Assembly (NCBI GenBank): GCA_052035525.1
Contig: JBPOHN010000012.1
Location: 16,489-80,488, forward strand
Source of the DNA: Armatimonadota bacterium
GTDB taxonomy: Bacteria > Armatimonadota > UBA5829
DNA length: 64,000 bases
Direction: 5' to 3'
In this document: positions 9,899 through 19,917 of the stretch, one piece after another
Layout: each line of letters opens with the position of its first letter
Position numbering within the stretch: position 1 is the first letter of the stretch
Position numbers and translations under genes: made by a program
The notes under the pieces: model-generated
Databases searched by the model: none
Seen by the model: the letters and a program-made list of their open reading frames with translations, nothing else
Told to the model about the DNA's origin: nothing

Positions 9899-11077
9899 TT
9901 GACTGATCAGCTATCCGAAGAGCAACAGAGAATACTGCGTGATACCGCTGCTCAGTGGCAGCACCAGGACGGGCAGGCGATCTTGTCGCAGGAGGAGATG
10001 AACACCCTCCTGTCGGCATACGAGTCCGCTAACGCACCCGGACGTATGAGAGGCGGACGCAAGAAGGAGCGCCAGGTAAGGCTCTACGATTTCGCCAAGC
10101 CGGACAGGTTCTCCAAGGAAAACCTACGGGTGCTGCAGACAATACACGAAAGCTTCGCCGCAGAGCTGTCCGGCGAGTTATCGGGCATCAGCGCCGCCGC
10201 CACCCGGGTTGACCTGATCAGCATCGATCAGGTGACATACAAGCAATATCGCGCGGCGATTCCTCCCAAGACACTGGTGGCTGAGATATCAGTCAGTTCC
10301 ATGGGCACGAACGCCTACTTCGCGGTGAACTCCAGCATAGTCGGCGTGTGGGTGGACTACCTTTGCGGCGGAAACCCCAATCTGCCGGCAACACCGAGTG
10401 ACCTGACACCTCTGGATATCGCCGTGGCGAAGAAGGTTGTGGAGCAGATAGTCCCTCTCTATGCCAAGGCATGGCCCGGCGCCGCGACCACTGAGATCAC
10501 AGTGGAACGTGCTGCCGAAGCGGAGTATATCGACGAAGCGTTTGCCCCTTCCGAAACGGTGCTTGTCTGCAACTGCGAAGTGCAGACTGGAAACTCCGTG
10601 GGCATGATGACGATCTGCATCCCCGCGGCGGGGATAGAGCGTGTGATGCCTGCCGTATCGGCGGCCGAGTCAGGCACGTTAGCAGCAAGACGGCAGGAAA
10701 CCTCGCCGGAAGAGACCGCGGACGCGCTGAAGCCCGTGCAACTCGGGTGTCGTGTAGTCCTCGGCACCGCCACCGCCTCGCTTTCGGACCTCGCTAGCTG
10801 CGAGGTCGGCGACGTGCTCCGGTTGAACAAGCGAGCCGGGGATGAGGCGGAGTTCTGGATCGGCAGCAAACACGTCTTCAACTGCCGGCCCGGCATTCAT
10901 AGAGGCAACGTGGCGGTAGTGATCTCGGGACTGGCGGATGCCGAAGTGCCGGCAAGCGGCAATCGAGCCGACAGCCAGCCCTCGCGGCATATCGAGACCA
11001 TGCATTTCCCCACTGCCGAGACCCCGATCCAACTGCCGGAAGACGGCGAGGACGACGCCCTCCCCGCCGCCGCCTAA
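9899..11077 (+). CDS. fliM: flagellar motor switch protein FliM
   Basis: TTG start; LSQEEMNTLL, FliM middle domain, C-terminal SpoA-like region. Confidence 0.9.
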   Translation: MTDQLSEEQQRILRDTAAQWQHQDGQAILSQEEMNTLLSAYESANAPGRMRGGRKKERQVRLYDFAKPDRFSKENLRVLQTIHESFAAELSGELSGISAAATRVDLISIDQVTYKQYRAAIPPKTLVAEISVSSMGTNAYFAVNSSIVGVWVDYLCGGNPNLPATPSDLTPLDIAVAKKVVEQIVPLYAKAWPGAATTEITVERAAEAEYIDEAFAPSETVLVCNCEVQTGNSVGMMTICIPAAGIERVMPAVSAAESGTLAARRQETSPEETADALKPVQLGCRVVLGTATASLSDLASCEVGDVLRLNKRAGDEAEFWIGSKHVFNCRPGIHRGNVAVVISGLADAEVPASGNRADSQPSRHIETMHFPTAETPIQLPEDGEDDALPAAA

Positions 11078-11169
11078 CGCCATTTTCAGAACACAACGTA
11101 GTGAAAGGCCGGGACGGAGACCGGCCACTACGCTGTTTTCACCACGCGCGAGCCGTTAACGGGCAATCT

Positions 11170-11207
11170 TCGAAAAACATCGCTCGAAAAACCGCTCAAA
11201 AACCGCT
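11170..11207 (+). repeat. three tandem phased A-tract units (TCGAAAAAC-N / TCGAAAAACCGC / TCAAAAACCGCT)
   Basis: direct reading of flgF upstream region; ~12-bp periodicity. Confidence 0.6.
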
Positions 11208-11234
11208 TAAGTCCTCGTCGAGACCTGACGACAA
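11207..11234 (+). promoter_or_regulatory. putative sigma-28-type promoter for flgF operon
   Basis: TTAAG-N15-GACGACAA, same spacing as fliG element. Confidence 0.3.
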
Positions 11235-11255
11235 GTGATTCCGGAGGGTCAAGGA

Positions 11256-11963
11256 ATGATTCGAGGACTCACATCAGCGGCGAGAGGAATGCTTCAGCAG
11301 ACATTCAAGCAGGATATCATTGCCAATAACCTCGCCAACGTCACAACGACCGGCTTCAAGCGAAGAACGATCGCGTTCAGTTCGTTCGCGTCGGCCCTGG
11401 CTCAGGAATCTTCGCATAATCCCGCGGGCGCGGCCCCGCGGCTCGAGTCCCCGGTTGGTGACCCTAAGATACGCACCCGCCAGGACGTATCTCAAGGAAG
11501 CTTGCAGACCACCGGCGAGAAGGGCCATCTGGCCATCGAGGGCAGAGGCTTCTTTGTTGTCGAATCGGCAGCCGGCCAGGAACTCACCAGAAACGGCGGC
11601 TTCATCGTCAACAGCCAGGGAGAGCTGGTTACGCCCTCGGGAAACCGCGTTATGGGCAAGGCCGGACCGATCAGAGTAGACCCATCCGACTGGCAGATCG
11701 CCTCAAATGGAAGCGTCATCAGCGGCGGCTCTGTAATAGATCGCCTCAAGATCGTGGAACGCGATGAGAGCGGCACAACAGCCGACGTGCCCGACGCGGA
11801 GGTGAGGGTCGTTCAGGGAGCCCTGGAGACATCGAACGTCAGCGTGATGAGAGAGATGATCAGCATGATCGCCAACCTGCGAGCGTACGAAGCCAATCAG
11901 AAGTCGATTCAAGCGATCGACCACACTTTGGATAAGGCCATCAACGAGGTCGGCAGAATCTAG
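11256..11963 (+). CDS. flgF: flagellar basal-body rod protein FlgF
   Basis: ATG at 11256 with GGAGG RBS (ORF-track GTG 11235 rejected); ANNLANVTTTGFK N-terminus and rod-protein C-terminus. Confidence 0.85.
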   Translation: MIRGLTSAARGMLQQTFKQDIIANNLANVTTTGFKRRTIAFSSFASALAQESSHNPAGAAPRLESPVGDPKIRTRQDVSQGSLQTTGEKGHLAIEGRGFFVVESAAGQELTRNGGFIVNSQGELVTPSGNRVMGKAGPIRVDPSDWQIASNGSVISGGSVIDRLKIVERDESGTTADVPDAEVRVVQGALETSNVSVMREMISMIANLRAYEANQKSIQAIDHTLDKAINEVGRI

Positions 11964-12015
11964 CAGGGCAGCTTGCCGCGGGATTCGCCGCCTCTTCAGG
12001 AAAGGACTTGACTAG

Positions 12016-12804
12016 ATGATTCGCAGCTTATGGACAGCAGCCACCGGCATGGAAGCCCAGCAGCTCAACATGGATGTCATCGCCAACAACCTGGCAAACG
12101 TGAACACGACCGGGTTCAAGAAGAGCCGGGTCGATTTCCAGGATCTGCTATATCAGACAATGCGAGCGGCGGGCGCGGCTGAGACCGAAGGCACGATGGT
12201 ACCCACGGGAATTCAGGTCGGTCTCGGCGTAAGGCCCGGCGCTGTGCAGAAGGTGCATACGCAGGGAGACATGCAGGCGACCGGCAATCAGCTCGACGTT
12301 GTCATCGAGGGCGACGGCTTCTTCCAGGTTGTGCTTCCCTCCGGTGGTTATGCCTACACACGTGACGGAAGCTTCAAGACCGACGGTAACGGGCGATTGG
12401 TCACCTCCGACGGATATCCCGTTTGGCCCGAGATCAACATCCCCAGACAGATGAAGTATATCTCCATCGGCGCTCAGGGGGCTGTGATCGGCAAGGAGGA
12501 CGGCACGACGGAGACGACGTCGCTTGGCGCTATCAAGATCGTGAAGTTCCAGAACCCTGCCGGCCTGACCAACATCGGCCGCAACCTGCTTGTGCAGTCT
12601 GAGGCCTCCGGCGAACCGATGGAGGACACACCCGGAATGAACGGGCTCGGAACCCTGAGCCAGGGGTTTCTCGAGATGTCCAACGTGAAGGTAGTCGAGG
12701 AGATGGTCAACATGATCGTCGCCCAGCGCGCCTACGAAGTCAACTCCAAGAGCATTCAGACAGCCGACGATATGCTCAGCATCGCAAATCAGTTGAGGCG
12801 GTAA
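12016..12804 (+). CDS. flgG: flagellar distal rod protein FlgG
   Basis: [12 protein letters not shown]...[13 protein letters not shown], conserved FlgG C-terminus. Confidence 0.95.
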   Translation: MIRSLWTAATGMEAQQLNMDVIANNLANVNTTGFKKSRVDFQDLLYQTMRAAGAAETEGTMVPTGIQVGLGVRPGAVQKVHTQGDMQATGNQLDVVIEGDGFFQVVLPSGGYAYTRDGSFKTDGNGRLVTSDGYPVWPEINIPRQMKYISIGAQGAVIGKEDGTTETTSLGAIKIVKFQNPAGLTNIGRNLLVQSEASGEPMEDTPGMNGLGTLSQGFLEMSNVKVVEEMVNMIVAQRAYEVNSKSIQTADDMLSIANQLRR

Positions 12805-12805
12805 G

Positions 12806-13759
12806 ATGAGTAAGCTTCTCTTTGTCCTTATCATCGTGACCCTGGCCGCGAGCGCCCTCTGCGCCGCGACGATCATTACGGTCCCGTCCTCAACGTCCGT
12901 GAAGCCGCTGCAGATGATCCGGCTCGGTGATATCGCAACCGTTACCGGCCCGAAAGCGGATGTGGAGCGCCTGAGTCAGGTGGAGATCGCACGATCAGCA
13001 ATGCCGGGCGCGGCCAGGCAGATCACGCCCGAGTGGATCAGGTCCCGGGTGGCCTGCGCCGGATTCGACCCGAAATCCGTTACCATCAAGTCCCCCGCGA
13101 CCGTGGTCCTGGTCTCGGCATCGCAGCCGGTCAAGGGCTCAGACATAGTGGAGGCAGCCAAGCAGTTCGTTACGGGCCAGGTCTCGCTCAGCGACCTCAC
13201 CTATACGATCTCCGAGACTGGCACGCTGTCCGATATACTCGTGCCCGCGGGCAAGCTGGAACTCGTGGCGGAGCAGCCGAACCGGCAGATCGGGCCAGGC
13301 AGGCAGCAGATTTGCGTTAACGTGCTGGTCGATGGGGCGCTCTACGTGAAGAAGACAGTCGGGCTCAACGTTCGGGCTTCCGGACCTGTTCTGGTGGCGA
13401 CTCAGGCCATACGAGCGAACGAGCCGGTATCGTCCTCAAACACTCGCATCGAGCATCGAGACATCACCAACGGGGCGGCCAGCTATCTGACCGCACTGGC
13501 GGAGGAAGGGACGATCGCCAGCAAGACGATCAGCGCTGGCACGGTGATAACCGGCGACATGATCAGAGCGCGGCCCGCTGTCTCGAAGGGCGAGCCGGTA
13601 GTCGTGTCCGTGCGGGCAAGCGGCGTGAAGGTGGTCGTGAAGGGCACCGCGTCCCAGGACGGGATGGTGGGCGACAACATCAGAGTCAGCGTTCCCACGA
13701 CCAAAGAACACATCCAGGCCAGGGTAGTCAGTCCCGGCTTGGTCGAGGTAAGGATATGA
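12806..13759 (+). CDS. flgA: flagellar P-ring assembly chaperone FlgA
   Basis: signal peptide, SAF/FlgA C-terminal domain. Confidence 0.8.
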   Translation: MSKLLFVLIIVTLAASALCAATIITVPSSTSVKPLQMIRLGDIATVTGPKADVERLSQVEIARSAMPGAARQITPEWIRSRVACAGFDPKSVTIKSPATVVLVSASQPVKGSDIVEAAKQFVTGQVSLSDLTYTISETGTLSDILVPAGKLELVAEQPNRQIGPGRQQICVNVLVDGALYVKKTVGLNVRASGPVLVATQAIRANEPVSSSNTRIEHRDITNGAASYLTALAEEGTIASKTISAGTVITGDMIRARPAVSKGEPVVVSVRASGVKVVVKGTASQDGMVGDNIRVSVPTTKEHIQARVVSPGLVEVRI

Positions 13760-14331
13760 AATCGATTCTACTGATCGTTATTGCCGTGGTGATCGCCGTG
13801 ACAGCTCCCGCTACCGCGGAGTCTCTGTGGACGGAGAAAAGCAAGTCGCTCGTGTCTGACAGGAAGGCAAAGCAGGTAGGGGACATTCTTACGATCATCG
13901 TGGCCGAGTCGGCGGCGTCCAGCAACACGGCGTCCACTGACGTGAGCAAACAGAACGACATGTCCACCAATCCCGGCATCGGGCCGCTGTTGGAGAAGAT
14001 TCCGGGGTTCGGCTTCGGAGGGAGCGAGTCGAGCAAAGCTACGGGCACGACCTCCAGAACCAGCAACTTCGTGACCAGGATGACCGTCACGGTGACGAAA
14101 GTGCTGCCGAACGGCAACCTGGAAATCCAGGGCACCCGGGACGTGCAGACCAACAAGGAAACGCAGAGGATCACCCTCACGGGGGTGGTAAGGCCGGACG
14201 ACGTGGCATCGGACAACACCGTGCTTTCCACATACGTTGCCGATGCCAAGATCGTGCACTTCGGCAGTGGGCCCATCGGGTCGCGGATGAAAGAAGGCCT
14301 GGTTACCAAGATCTTCAAGATCCTGTTCTGA
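13756..14331 (+). CDS. flgH: flagellar L-ring protein FlgH
   Basis: FlgH family core (TIIVAESAASSNTAS...NLEIQGTR); ATGA overlap with flgA; no lipobox Cys in signal region. Confidence 0.85.
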   Translation: MKSILLIVIAVVIAVTAPATAESLWTEKSKSLVSDRKAKQVGDILTIIVAESAASSNTASTDVSKQNDMSTNPGIGPLLEKIPGFGFGGSESSKATGTTSRTSNFVTRMTVTVTKVLPNGNLEIQGTRDVQTNKETQRITLTGVVRPDDVASDNTVLSTYVADAKIVHFGSGPIGSRMKEGLVTKIFKILF

Positions 14332-14357
14332 CGGCGCCTGCGCCGGCATCCGAGGAG

Positions 14358-15575
14358 ATGTTCATGTATAGACACATTTTGATAAGCACAATCCTTGTTC
14401 TGGCTCTGGCAATCGCCGCGGCGGCGGATGTGATTCCGAGCGTTGCTCCGACAGAGGCTTCGCTGGCGATGCCGGCCGCGCTGACGAGTGCTCCTCCGCC
14501 CGGTGTCCGTATCAAGGACATCGCGCACGTGGACGGAGTCCGCAGCAACCAGTTGGTAGGTTATGGGCTCGTTGTCGGCCTGGACAACAGCGGAGACAGC
14601 CAGCAAGCGCTGTTTACGGTATCATCGGTAGCCAACTTGCTGCAGGAGTTCGGCATCAAGGCAGACCCCAATAAGGTGCGCGTGCGAAACGTGGCGGCTG
14701 TGATGATAACGGCAGATCTGCCCGCATTCGGCAAGCCCGGCGACAGGGTCGACGTGACGGTGTCATCGCTAGGTGACGCGAAGACGCTGCAGGGCGGAAC
14801 ACTGCTTCAGGCCCCGCTGAAGGCGGCGAACGGCGAAGTCTACGCGGTCGCGCAAGGGCCGATTTCGGTCGGCGGTTTCAGTACCGGTGGTGGAGGAACC
14901 TCGGTATCCAAGAATCATTCGACCGTGGGCCGCATTCCCCGTGGCGCAATCATAGAGAAGGGCACGCAGACGAACATGACTGCCGGCGACAGCCTTACCC
15001 TCTCGTTGGACGACCAGGACTTCACGACCTCGGTAAGAATCGCCAAGGCGATCAACGACAAGTACGGCGCGGGCACGGCGTCAGCAACCGACGCGGGAAC
15101 CGTGACGGTCAGAGTGCCGCCCGGCTACGCGTCGCAGGTCGTCAGCCTCATCTCCGACATCGGCGAGCTGACCATTCAGCCGGACACCACGGCCAAGGTG
15201 GTCGTGGACGAGCGAACAGGCACTGTGGCGATCGGTGGCTCGGTGCAGATATCGCCGGTTGCCATCACGCACGGCAACCTGACGGTCGAGATCAGCACGG
15301 ATTACCTGGTCAGCCAGCCCCTGCCTCCATCGCCGCCAGCCGGCACTGTGGTCATGGGTTCGGGAAACACGCCGCCGCCGGCAACGGTGGTGCCAAGCAA
15401 GAAGGTCAACGCGACCGAACAGCAGGCATCTCTGGTGACGCTGAGAGGCGGATCCACGATCGATGGGCTGGTCCAGGCTCTGAACGCGCTGAAGGTGACT
15501 CCGCGAGACGTGATCGCAATCCTGCAGACGATCAAGCAGGCAGGCGCGCTTCACGGGGAATTGCAGGTGCTGTAG
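14358..15575 (+). CDS. flgI: flagellar P-ring protein FlgI
   Basis: signal peptide; VGYGLVVGLDNSGD FlgI signature. Confidence 0.95.
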   Translation: MFMYRHILISTILVLALAIAAAADVIPSVAPTEASLAMPAALTSAPPPGVRIKDIAHVDGVRSNQLVGYGLVVGLDNSGDSQQALFTVSSVANLLQEFGIKADPNKVRVRNVAAVMITADLPAFGKPGDRVDVTVSSLGDAKTLQGGTLLQAPLKAANGEVYAVAQGPISVGGFSTGGGGTSVSKNHSTVGRIPRGAIIEKGTQTNMTAGDSLTLSLDDQDFTTSVRIAKAINDKYGAGTASATDAGTVTVRVPPGYASQVVSLISDIGELTIQPDTTAKVVVDERTGTVAIGGSVQISPVAITHGNLTVEISTDYLVSQPLPPSPPAGTVVMGSGNTPPPATVVPSKKVNATEQQASLVTLRGGSTIDGLVQALNALKVTPRDVIAILQTIKQAGALHGELQVL

Positions 15576-15577
15576 AG

Positions 15578-15928
15578 ATGGAAATCCGACCGCACGATAT
15601 GGTGCTGAATCCGGGGCTTGAGCGCAAGGCGCAGGCCAGGAGCGAGGACGAGAAGCTGCGCCAGGCCTGCAAGGAGATGGAGAGCGTCTTCATGGCACAT
15701 CTACTCAAGAGTATGCGCTCTACCGTGACCTCGACGGACCTCTTCGGAAGCGAGAAAGAGGAGTCGATGTTCAGGGACATGCTCGATGATGAGATAGCCA
15801 GGGCGGCCTCGGAGCAGAAGGGCATAGGTATTGCCGAGATGCTCTACCGGCAGCTCAGCAGCGCTCAAGATCAGTCGGCAATCGCCAACAAACCGCTTAA
15901 GGAAAGCGGATCCGTTGTCGAAAAGTAA
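15578..15928 (+). CDS. flgJ: FlgJ-like rod-binding protein (rod-binding domain only, no hydrolase domain)
   Basis: 116 aa; ACKEMESVFMAHLLKSMR...GIGIAEMLYRQL matches rod-binding domain; no glucosaminidase/peptidase domain. Confidence 0.8.
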   Translation: MEIRPHDMVLNPGLERKAQARSEDEKLRQACKEMESVFMAHLLKSMRSTVTSTDLFGSEKEESMFRDMLDDEIARAASEQKGIGIAEMLYRQLSSAQDQSAIANKPLKESGSVVEK

Positions 15929-15929
15929 G

Positions 15930-16247
15930 ATGAACGAAGAGGAGCGGAGGGCCGAAGGGATGTTATTGGCCGGAGGCGGAGTCGAGCGAGTTCTCGGCCC
16001 GCAGATTCAGAAGATATACAAGACGCATTCAACAGCTAGAGTGCAGTCGGTGTCGCGGCAGGATGTGGTGACGATCTCTGTCGAAGCCCGCCTGGCCCAG
16101 AAGGCGAGGGAAGCCGCGGCCGCATCGCCAAGCATCCGCGCGGACGTGGTGGCGGAGGCGAAGAGCCGGCTGGCGGGCGGACTGAGTGTCTCCTCAGCCG
16201 ATCTGGCACGGGCGATACTGCAGAGAGCATCGGAGCGGCAGGTCTAG
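15930..16247 (+). CDS. flgM: anti-sigma-28 factor FlgM
   Basis: ATG at 15930 (ORF-track extension rejected, overlaps flgJ); C-terminal VSSADLARAIL FlgM motif. Confidence 0.8.
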   Translation: MNEEERRAEGMLLAGGGVERVLGPQIQKIYKTHSTARVQSVSRQDVVTISVEARLAQKAREAAAASPSIRADVVAEAKSRLAGGLSVSSADLARAILQRASERQV

Positions 16248-16249
16248 CG

Positions 16250-16756
16250 ATGATACAGAACACCGTTGAACAATTGATCAGGCTTATCGAGCACGAGATC
16301 GGGCTCTACAGCAGCTTTCTGGAGTGCACGCTGAACCAGCGGGAAGCCCTGGTCCACAATGTGGAGCGCGACATCAGCGCCGCGACACTCGAGCAGGACA
16401 GACTGCTCCGGCAGATATCGGCGACCGAGAGATCGTTGCAGGCGGTGCTTGCAAAGTGCGCTGAGCAGTTGGGCGTCAGCGCGGACTGCATAAGCATGGC
16501 TGCGATAGCAGACCGACTGGATGGCGCACAGTCCAGGCAGTTGATCCGGGCTGCGCACCAGGTAGTTGAGATGGGCACGAAGGTGCGCAGTGAGACGATG
16601 ATCAACCGCCAGCTCATATCGAACTTGGTGGAACTCACCGACTATTGCCTCCGAAGCGTCGCCGGGCTTACAGCTTGCGCTCCGGCCTATCGGAATGACG
16701 GAAGCGTGCCAGCGGCAAGGCAGTTCCAAAGCCTGACGCTGGACTCCAGGGTGTAA
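16250..16756 (+). CDS. flgN: flagellar export chaperone FlgN-family protein
   Basis: helical 168-aa protein in flgM-flgN-flgK position. Confidence 0.65.
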   Translation: MIQNTVEQLIRLIEHEIGLYSSFLECTLNQREALVHNVERDISAATLEQDRLLRQISATERSLQAVLAKCAEQLGVSADCISMAAIADRLDGAQSRQLIRAAHQVVEMGTKVRSETMINRQLISNLVELTDYCLRSVAGLTACAPAYRNDGSVPAARQFQSLTLDSRV

Positions 16757-16758
16757 CC

Positions 16759-18156
16759 ATGCCAGGAACATTCCTAGGAATCAATACGGCGATGAGCGCG
16801 CTGCGAGCCCAGCAGATAGCGCTCGACACGCTTAGCCACAATATAGCCAACGCTAACACCCCTGGCTACAAACGCCAGCGCGTGATGCTCGGCGAAGGCA
16901 ATCCTCTGACGGGGCCATTCACCAACGGCGCCAGCCCACGCGTGGCCATCGGCACCGGTGTGCACGTGGAGCAAATCCAACGCATACAGGATGACTTCGT
17001 GGACTCGCGCGTGCGTCAGACGGCGGCGCTCGCGGCAGAGTGGGGGACTAAGAGCCAGATCCTGAGCCAGATAGAGACTGTGTTCAACGAGCCGAGCGAC
17101 CACGGAATCGGCAACCAGCTCAGCAAGTTCTGGGATGCATGGGACAGACTGAGCGCTCAGCCGACGGACATAGCCACGCGGGACGCGCTGATCGGCCAGG
17201 CCCGGATTCTGGCCCAGCATATAAGGAACACCTACGCGGAGGTCAAAGCTATCGACGACGGCATCGATCTTGCGGTTCGGGATAAGGTGGCCGAGATCAA
17301 TGCCTTGGTAAACCAGATTGCGGACCTGAATGCCCGGATCGTCTGGGCAGGCAGCAGCGGTGCGTTCCCGAACGATCTGCTGGACCAGCGCGATCTGCTG
17401 GTCGGACAGCTTTCGGCGCTGGCGGGAGTGGAAGTATCGGGCAAGGGCGGCCAGGAGTTCATACTGACTCTGGGCAACAAGGTGCTGGTGCAGGGCGTCC
17501 ACGCTGACCAGCTCGGCGTGCGTCTGGACGCGAACGGCGCGCAGGAGATCTACTCCCTGACGACAGGCGACGTGCGTGTTGTACCCGGCGGCGAGGTCGC
17601 GGGGCTGATGGAGCTTCACCATCAGGCCATTCCCGCCATTATGGCCGCGCTCGACAATTTCGTGGCGACTCTCACGACTGAGGTCAACGCCATCCACAGA
17701 CTCGGGTTCACCCTGGACTGCGATCCGGCGGGAGACTTCTTCACTGAGGGAAGCACGGCGGCCAACTTCAGCGTGGCGGCCGATATCCTGGATTCGCCCC
17801 GGAATGTCGCGGCATCAGCGTCCGGATCGGTCGGCAACAACACGATCGCCCTCCGGATCGCCGCGTTGAGGAGCGAGGCGCTGCCGGCAGGACAGACGAT
17901 CAGCCAGCTCTACCAGACTATAGTCACCGAGATGGGGACGCAATCCGCCCTGGCGAAGCACTATGCTGATACCCAGAGCCTGACCCTGGAGCAGTTCAGC
18001 GCTCAGCAACAATCAGTCTCGGGAGTCTCACTGGATGAGGAAATGACTGACATGGTCAGGTTCCAGCAGGCATACAATGCCGCGGCTCGCGTGCTTACGG
18101 CCTGCGATGAGATGCTCTCCATGCTCATAGAGAGAACAGGCGTAGTGGGGAGATAG
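16759..18156 (+). CDS. flgK: hook-associated protein 1 FlgK
   Basis: ALDTLSHNIANANTPGYKRQ N-terminus, FlgK C-terminus. Confidence 0.9.
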   Translation: MPGTFLGINTAMSALRAQQIALDTLSHNIANANTPGYKRQRVMLGEGNPLTGPFTNGASPRVAIGTGVHVEQIQRIQDDFVDSRVRQTAALAAEWGTKSQILSQIETVFNEPSDHGIGNQLSKFWDAWDRLSAQPTDIATRDALIGQARILAQHIRNTYAEVKAIDDGIDLAVRDKVAEINALVNQIADLNARIVWAGSSGAFPNDLLDQRDLLVGQLSALAGVEVSGKGGQEFILTLGNKVLVQGVHADQLGVRLDANGAQEIYSLTTGDVRVVPGGEVAGLMELHHQAIPAIMAALDNFVATLTTEVNAIHRLGFTLDCDPAGDFFTEGSTAANFSVAADILDSPRNVAASASGSVGNNTIALRIAALRSEALPAGQTISQLYQTIVTEMGTQSALAKHYADTQSLTLEQFSAQQQSVSGVSLDEEMTDMVRFQQAYNAAARVLTACDEMLSMLIERTGVVGR

Positions 18157-18158
18157 CT

Positions 18159-19079
18159 ATGAGAGTAACGCTCGGACTTCAGATGGGTAGCGCATCGGCT
18201 TATCTGCGAGAAGCGTCAGAGAGGCTGTTGGATGCTCAGAGGGTGGTTACGACAGGCAAGAGGATTACGAAGCCTTCGGACAACCCTACCCTTGCTAACC
18301 GCTCGATGAGTCTCCGGGCCGCTATCAATGGGATCGAGCAGTACAGGGAGAACAACAACCTTGCGCTGTCGATCCTGAGCACGAGCGAGGCGGCGGTAGG
18401 GGATATCGCGGACCAGATGATCCTACTCCGGCAGGAGGCAGGAAAAGTGACGGGCTCGCTGGACTCGGAGAGCAAGACGGCGATTCTATTCACCATTGGG
18501 AACATCCGCAGCAGGCTGCTGGACCTCGCCAACACGCAATACCTGGACAGGTATATATACAGCGGCACCCGCACGGACACGCCGCCCTTATTGTTGAATC
18601 CCGCGGATCCCCCCGTGCCTCCATACATATTCCAGGGCCTACCTGATACGGTCGAACTGCAGATACAGCCCACGGAGAGGGTGCAGATCAGCGTTACCGC
18701 CAATGAGTTGTTCAACCTTGACGGGAGCGCGGGAGCCGGCATCAGAGATGTGTTCACCATCCTAAGCGATCTGGAGACGGCCGTGAATGCGGGGGACGTA
18801 GAGATGGCTTCGAGCCTTCTGCACGACATTGACGCCGCCCACGCGAACATGCTGGCCATCCAGGCGGGCATTGGCGCGCGAGCCGCCAGGGTTGAGGCCA
18901 ACGCCGACGCCCTCGTCGCATCGCGCGACCGAATGAAGGACCTGCTGTCCAACCTGGAGGACATCGACACGCCCACGGCCATCATCGAGATGCAGACACA
19001 GCAGAACGTCTACCAGGCCGCGCTCACAGTCGCTGCCAATATCATGCAGCACCGTACACTGGCGGACTACCTGAGCTGA
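18159..19079 (+). CDS. flgL: hook-associated protein 3 FlgL
   Basis: flagellin-like N/C helices, follows flgK. Confidence 0.85.
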   Translation: MRVTLGLQMGSASAYLREASERLLDAQRVVTTGKRITKPSDNPTLANRSMSLRAAINGIEQYRENNNLALSILSTSEAAVGDIADQMILLRQEAGKVTGSLDSESKTAILFTIGNIRSRLLDLANTQYLDRYIYSGTRTDTPPLLLNPADPPVPPYIFQGLPDTVELQIQPTERVQISVTANELFNLDGSAGAGIRDVFTILSDLETAVNAGDVEMASSLLHDIDAAHANMLAIQAGIGARAARVEANADALVASRDRMKDLLSNLEDIDTPTAIIEMQTQQNVYQAALTVAANIMQHRTLADYLS

Positions 19080-19099
19080 CGAGTTGAGAGGATATCTGA

Positions 19100-19558
19100 A
19101 TGACCATCAATACCACCCGATTCGGGGTTATCCAAGTTGACGATAGCGCGCTGATCTCAATGCCCGAGGGCATGATCGGCATGGGCGACCGGCAGTCGTA
19201 TTGCCTTATCGATCATCGGCCGGAGAGCGTGTTCAAGTGGCTGCAATCGACGCAGGACGCGGATCTGGCGTTTCTGATGGTCGACCCTTCCGACGTGGTG
19301 ACGGACTACGAGGTAGTGCTGCCCGATTGGGACGTGGAGTTCCTGCAGTTGGAGAGCGAAAATGAGGCAGTCGTTATGACGACGGTGACCATAGACACCG
19401 AGGCCGGGACCATCAGCACGAATCTGCTGGCCCCCGTGGTGGTAAACGCCAGGACGCGGCTTGCGCGCCAGGTGATTCTGGACAGCGACAGGTACGCGAT
19501 CAAACATGAGATATGTCCGTTCCGCGCCGCCTGTGTGGAGATGGATCTGGCCGCGTAA
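19100..19558 (+). CDS. fliW: flagellar assembly factor FliW
   Basis: 152 aa, FliW family, directly upstream of flagellin. Confidence 0.85.
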   Translation: MTINTTRFGVIQVDDSALISMPEGMIGMGDRQSYCLIDHRPESVFKWLQSTQDADLAFLMVDPSDVVTDYEVVLPDWDVEFLQLESENEAVVMTTVTIDTEAGTISTNLLAPVVVNARTRLARQVILDSDRYAIKHEICPFRAACVEMDLAA

Positions 19559-19872
19559 GGTGGAGGCGTGGCAGCGGATCCGGGCTTCAGACGCGCGGTT
19601 TGGTCTCCACAGTGGCAGCCGCCGCGGACCCCGCTGATTATGCGGGAAGACGCGCATTTTTCTCATTCAACATTTCGGTTTGTATGGCATATAGCTAAGG
19701 AGGAGGTGGTGCAGAGAGCGTGGGAAATACGCCGGGACTGGCTGTCCCGGTCTTGGTAGCCTCCGCGCACTGCGTTCAAGCGTTCGGTATCGCTTACCGC
19801 CGACTGGCCTATTTGCCGGAACCGCGGCGGTTTCAGGAGTCCGGCATTACCATTCAGGCATGACGCCAGGCA

Positions 19873-19907
19873 GGGTCAGGATGGCCCGGCCACCCAGTCA
19901 AGGAGGA
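19873..19907 (+). promoter_or_regulatory. flagellin 5' leader with two CsrA-type GGA sites
   Basis: GGUC-AGGAU-GGCC hairpin presenting GGA in loop (19873-19887) plus AAGGAGGA Shine-Dalgarno (19900-19907). Confidence 0.4.
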
Positions 19908-19917
19908 TCGTTTAGCA

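Noticed and set aside
19568-19759. 63-aa ORF after fliW containing an AAGGAGGAGG stretch
   Set aside because: Trp/Arg-rich low-complexity product; the SD-like string is in-frame coding of this dubious ORF. More likely part of the flagellin promoter/leader. Not CsrA.
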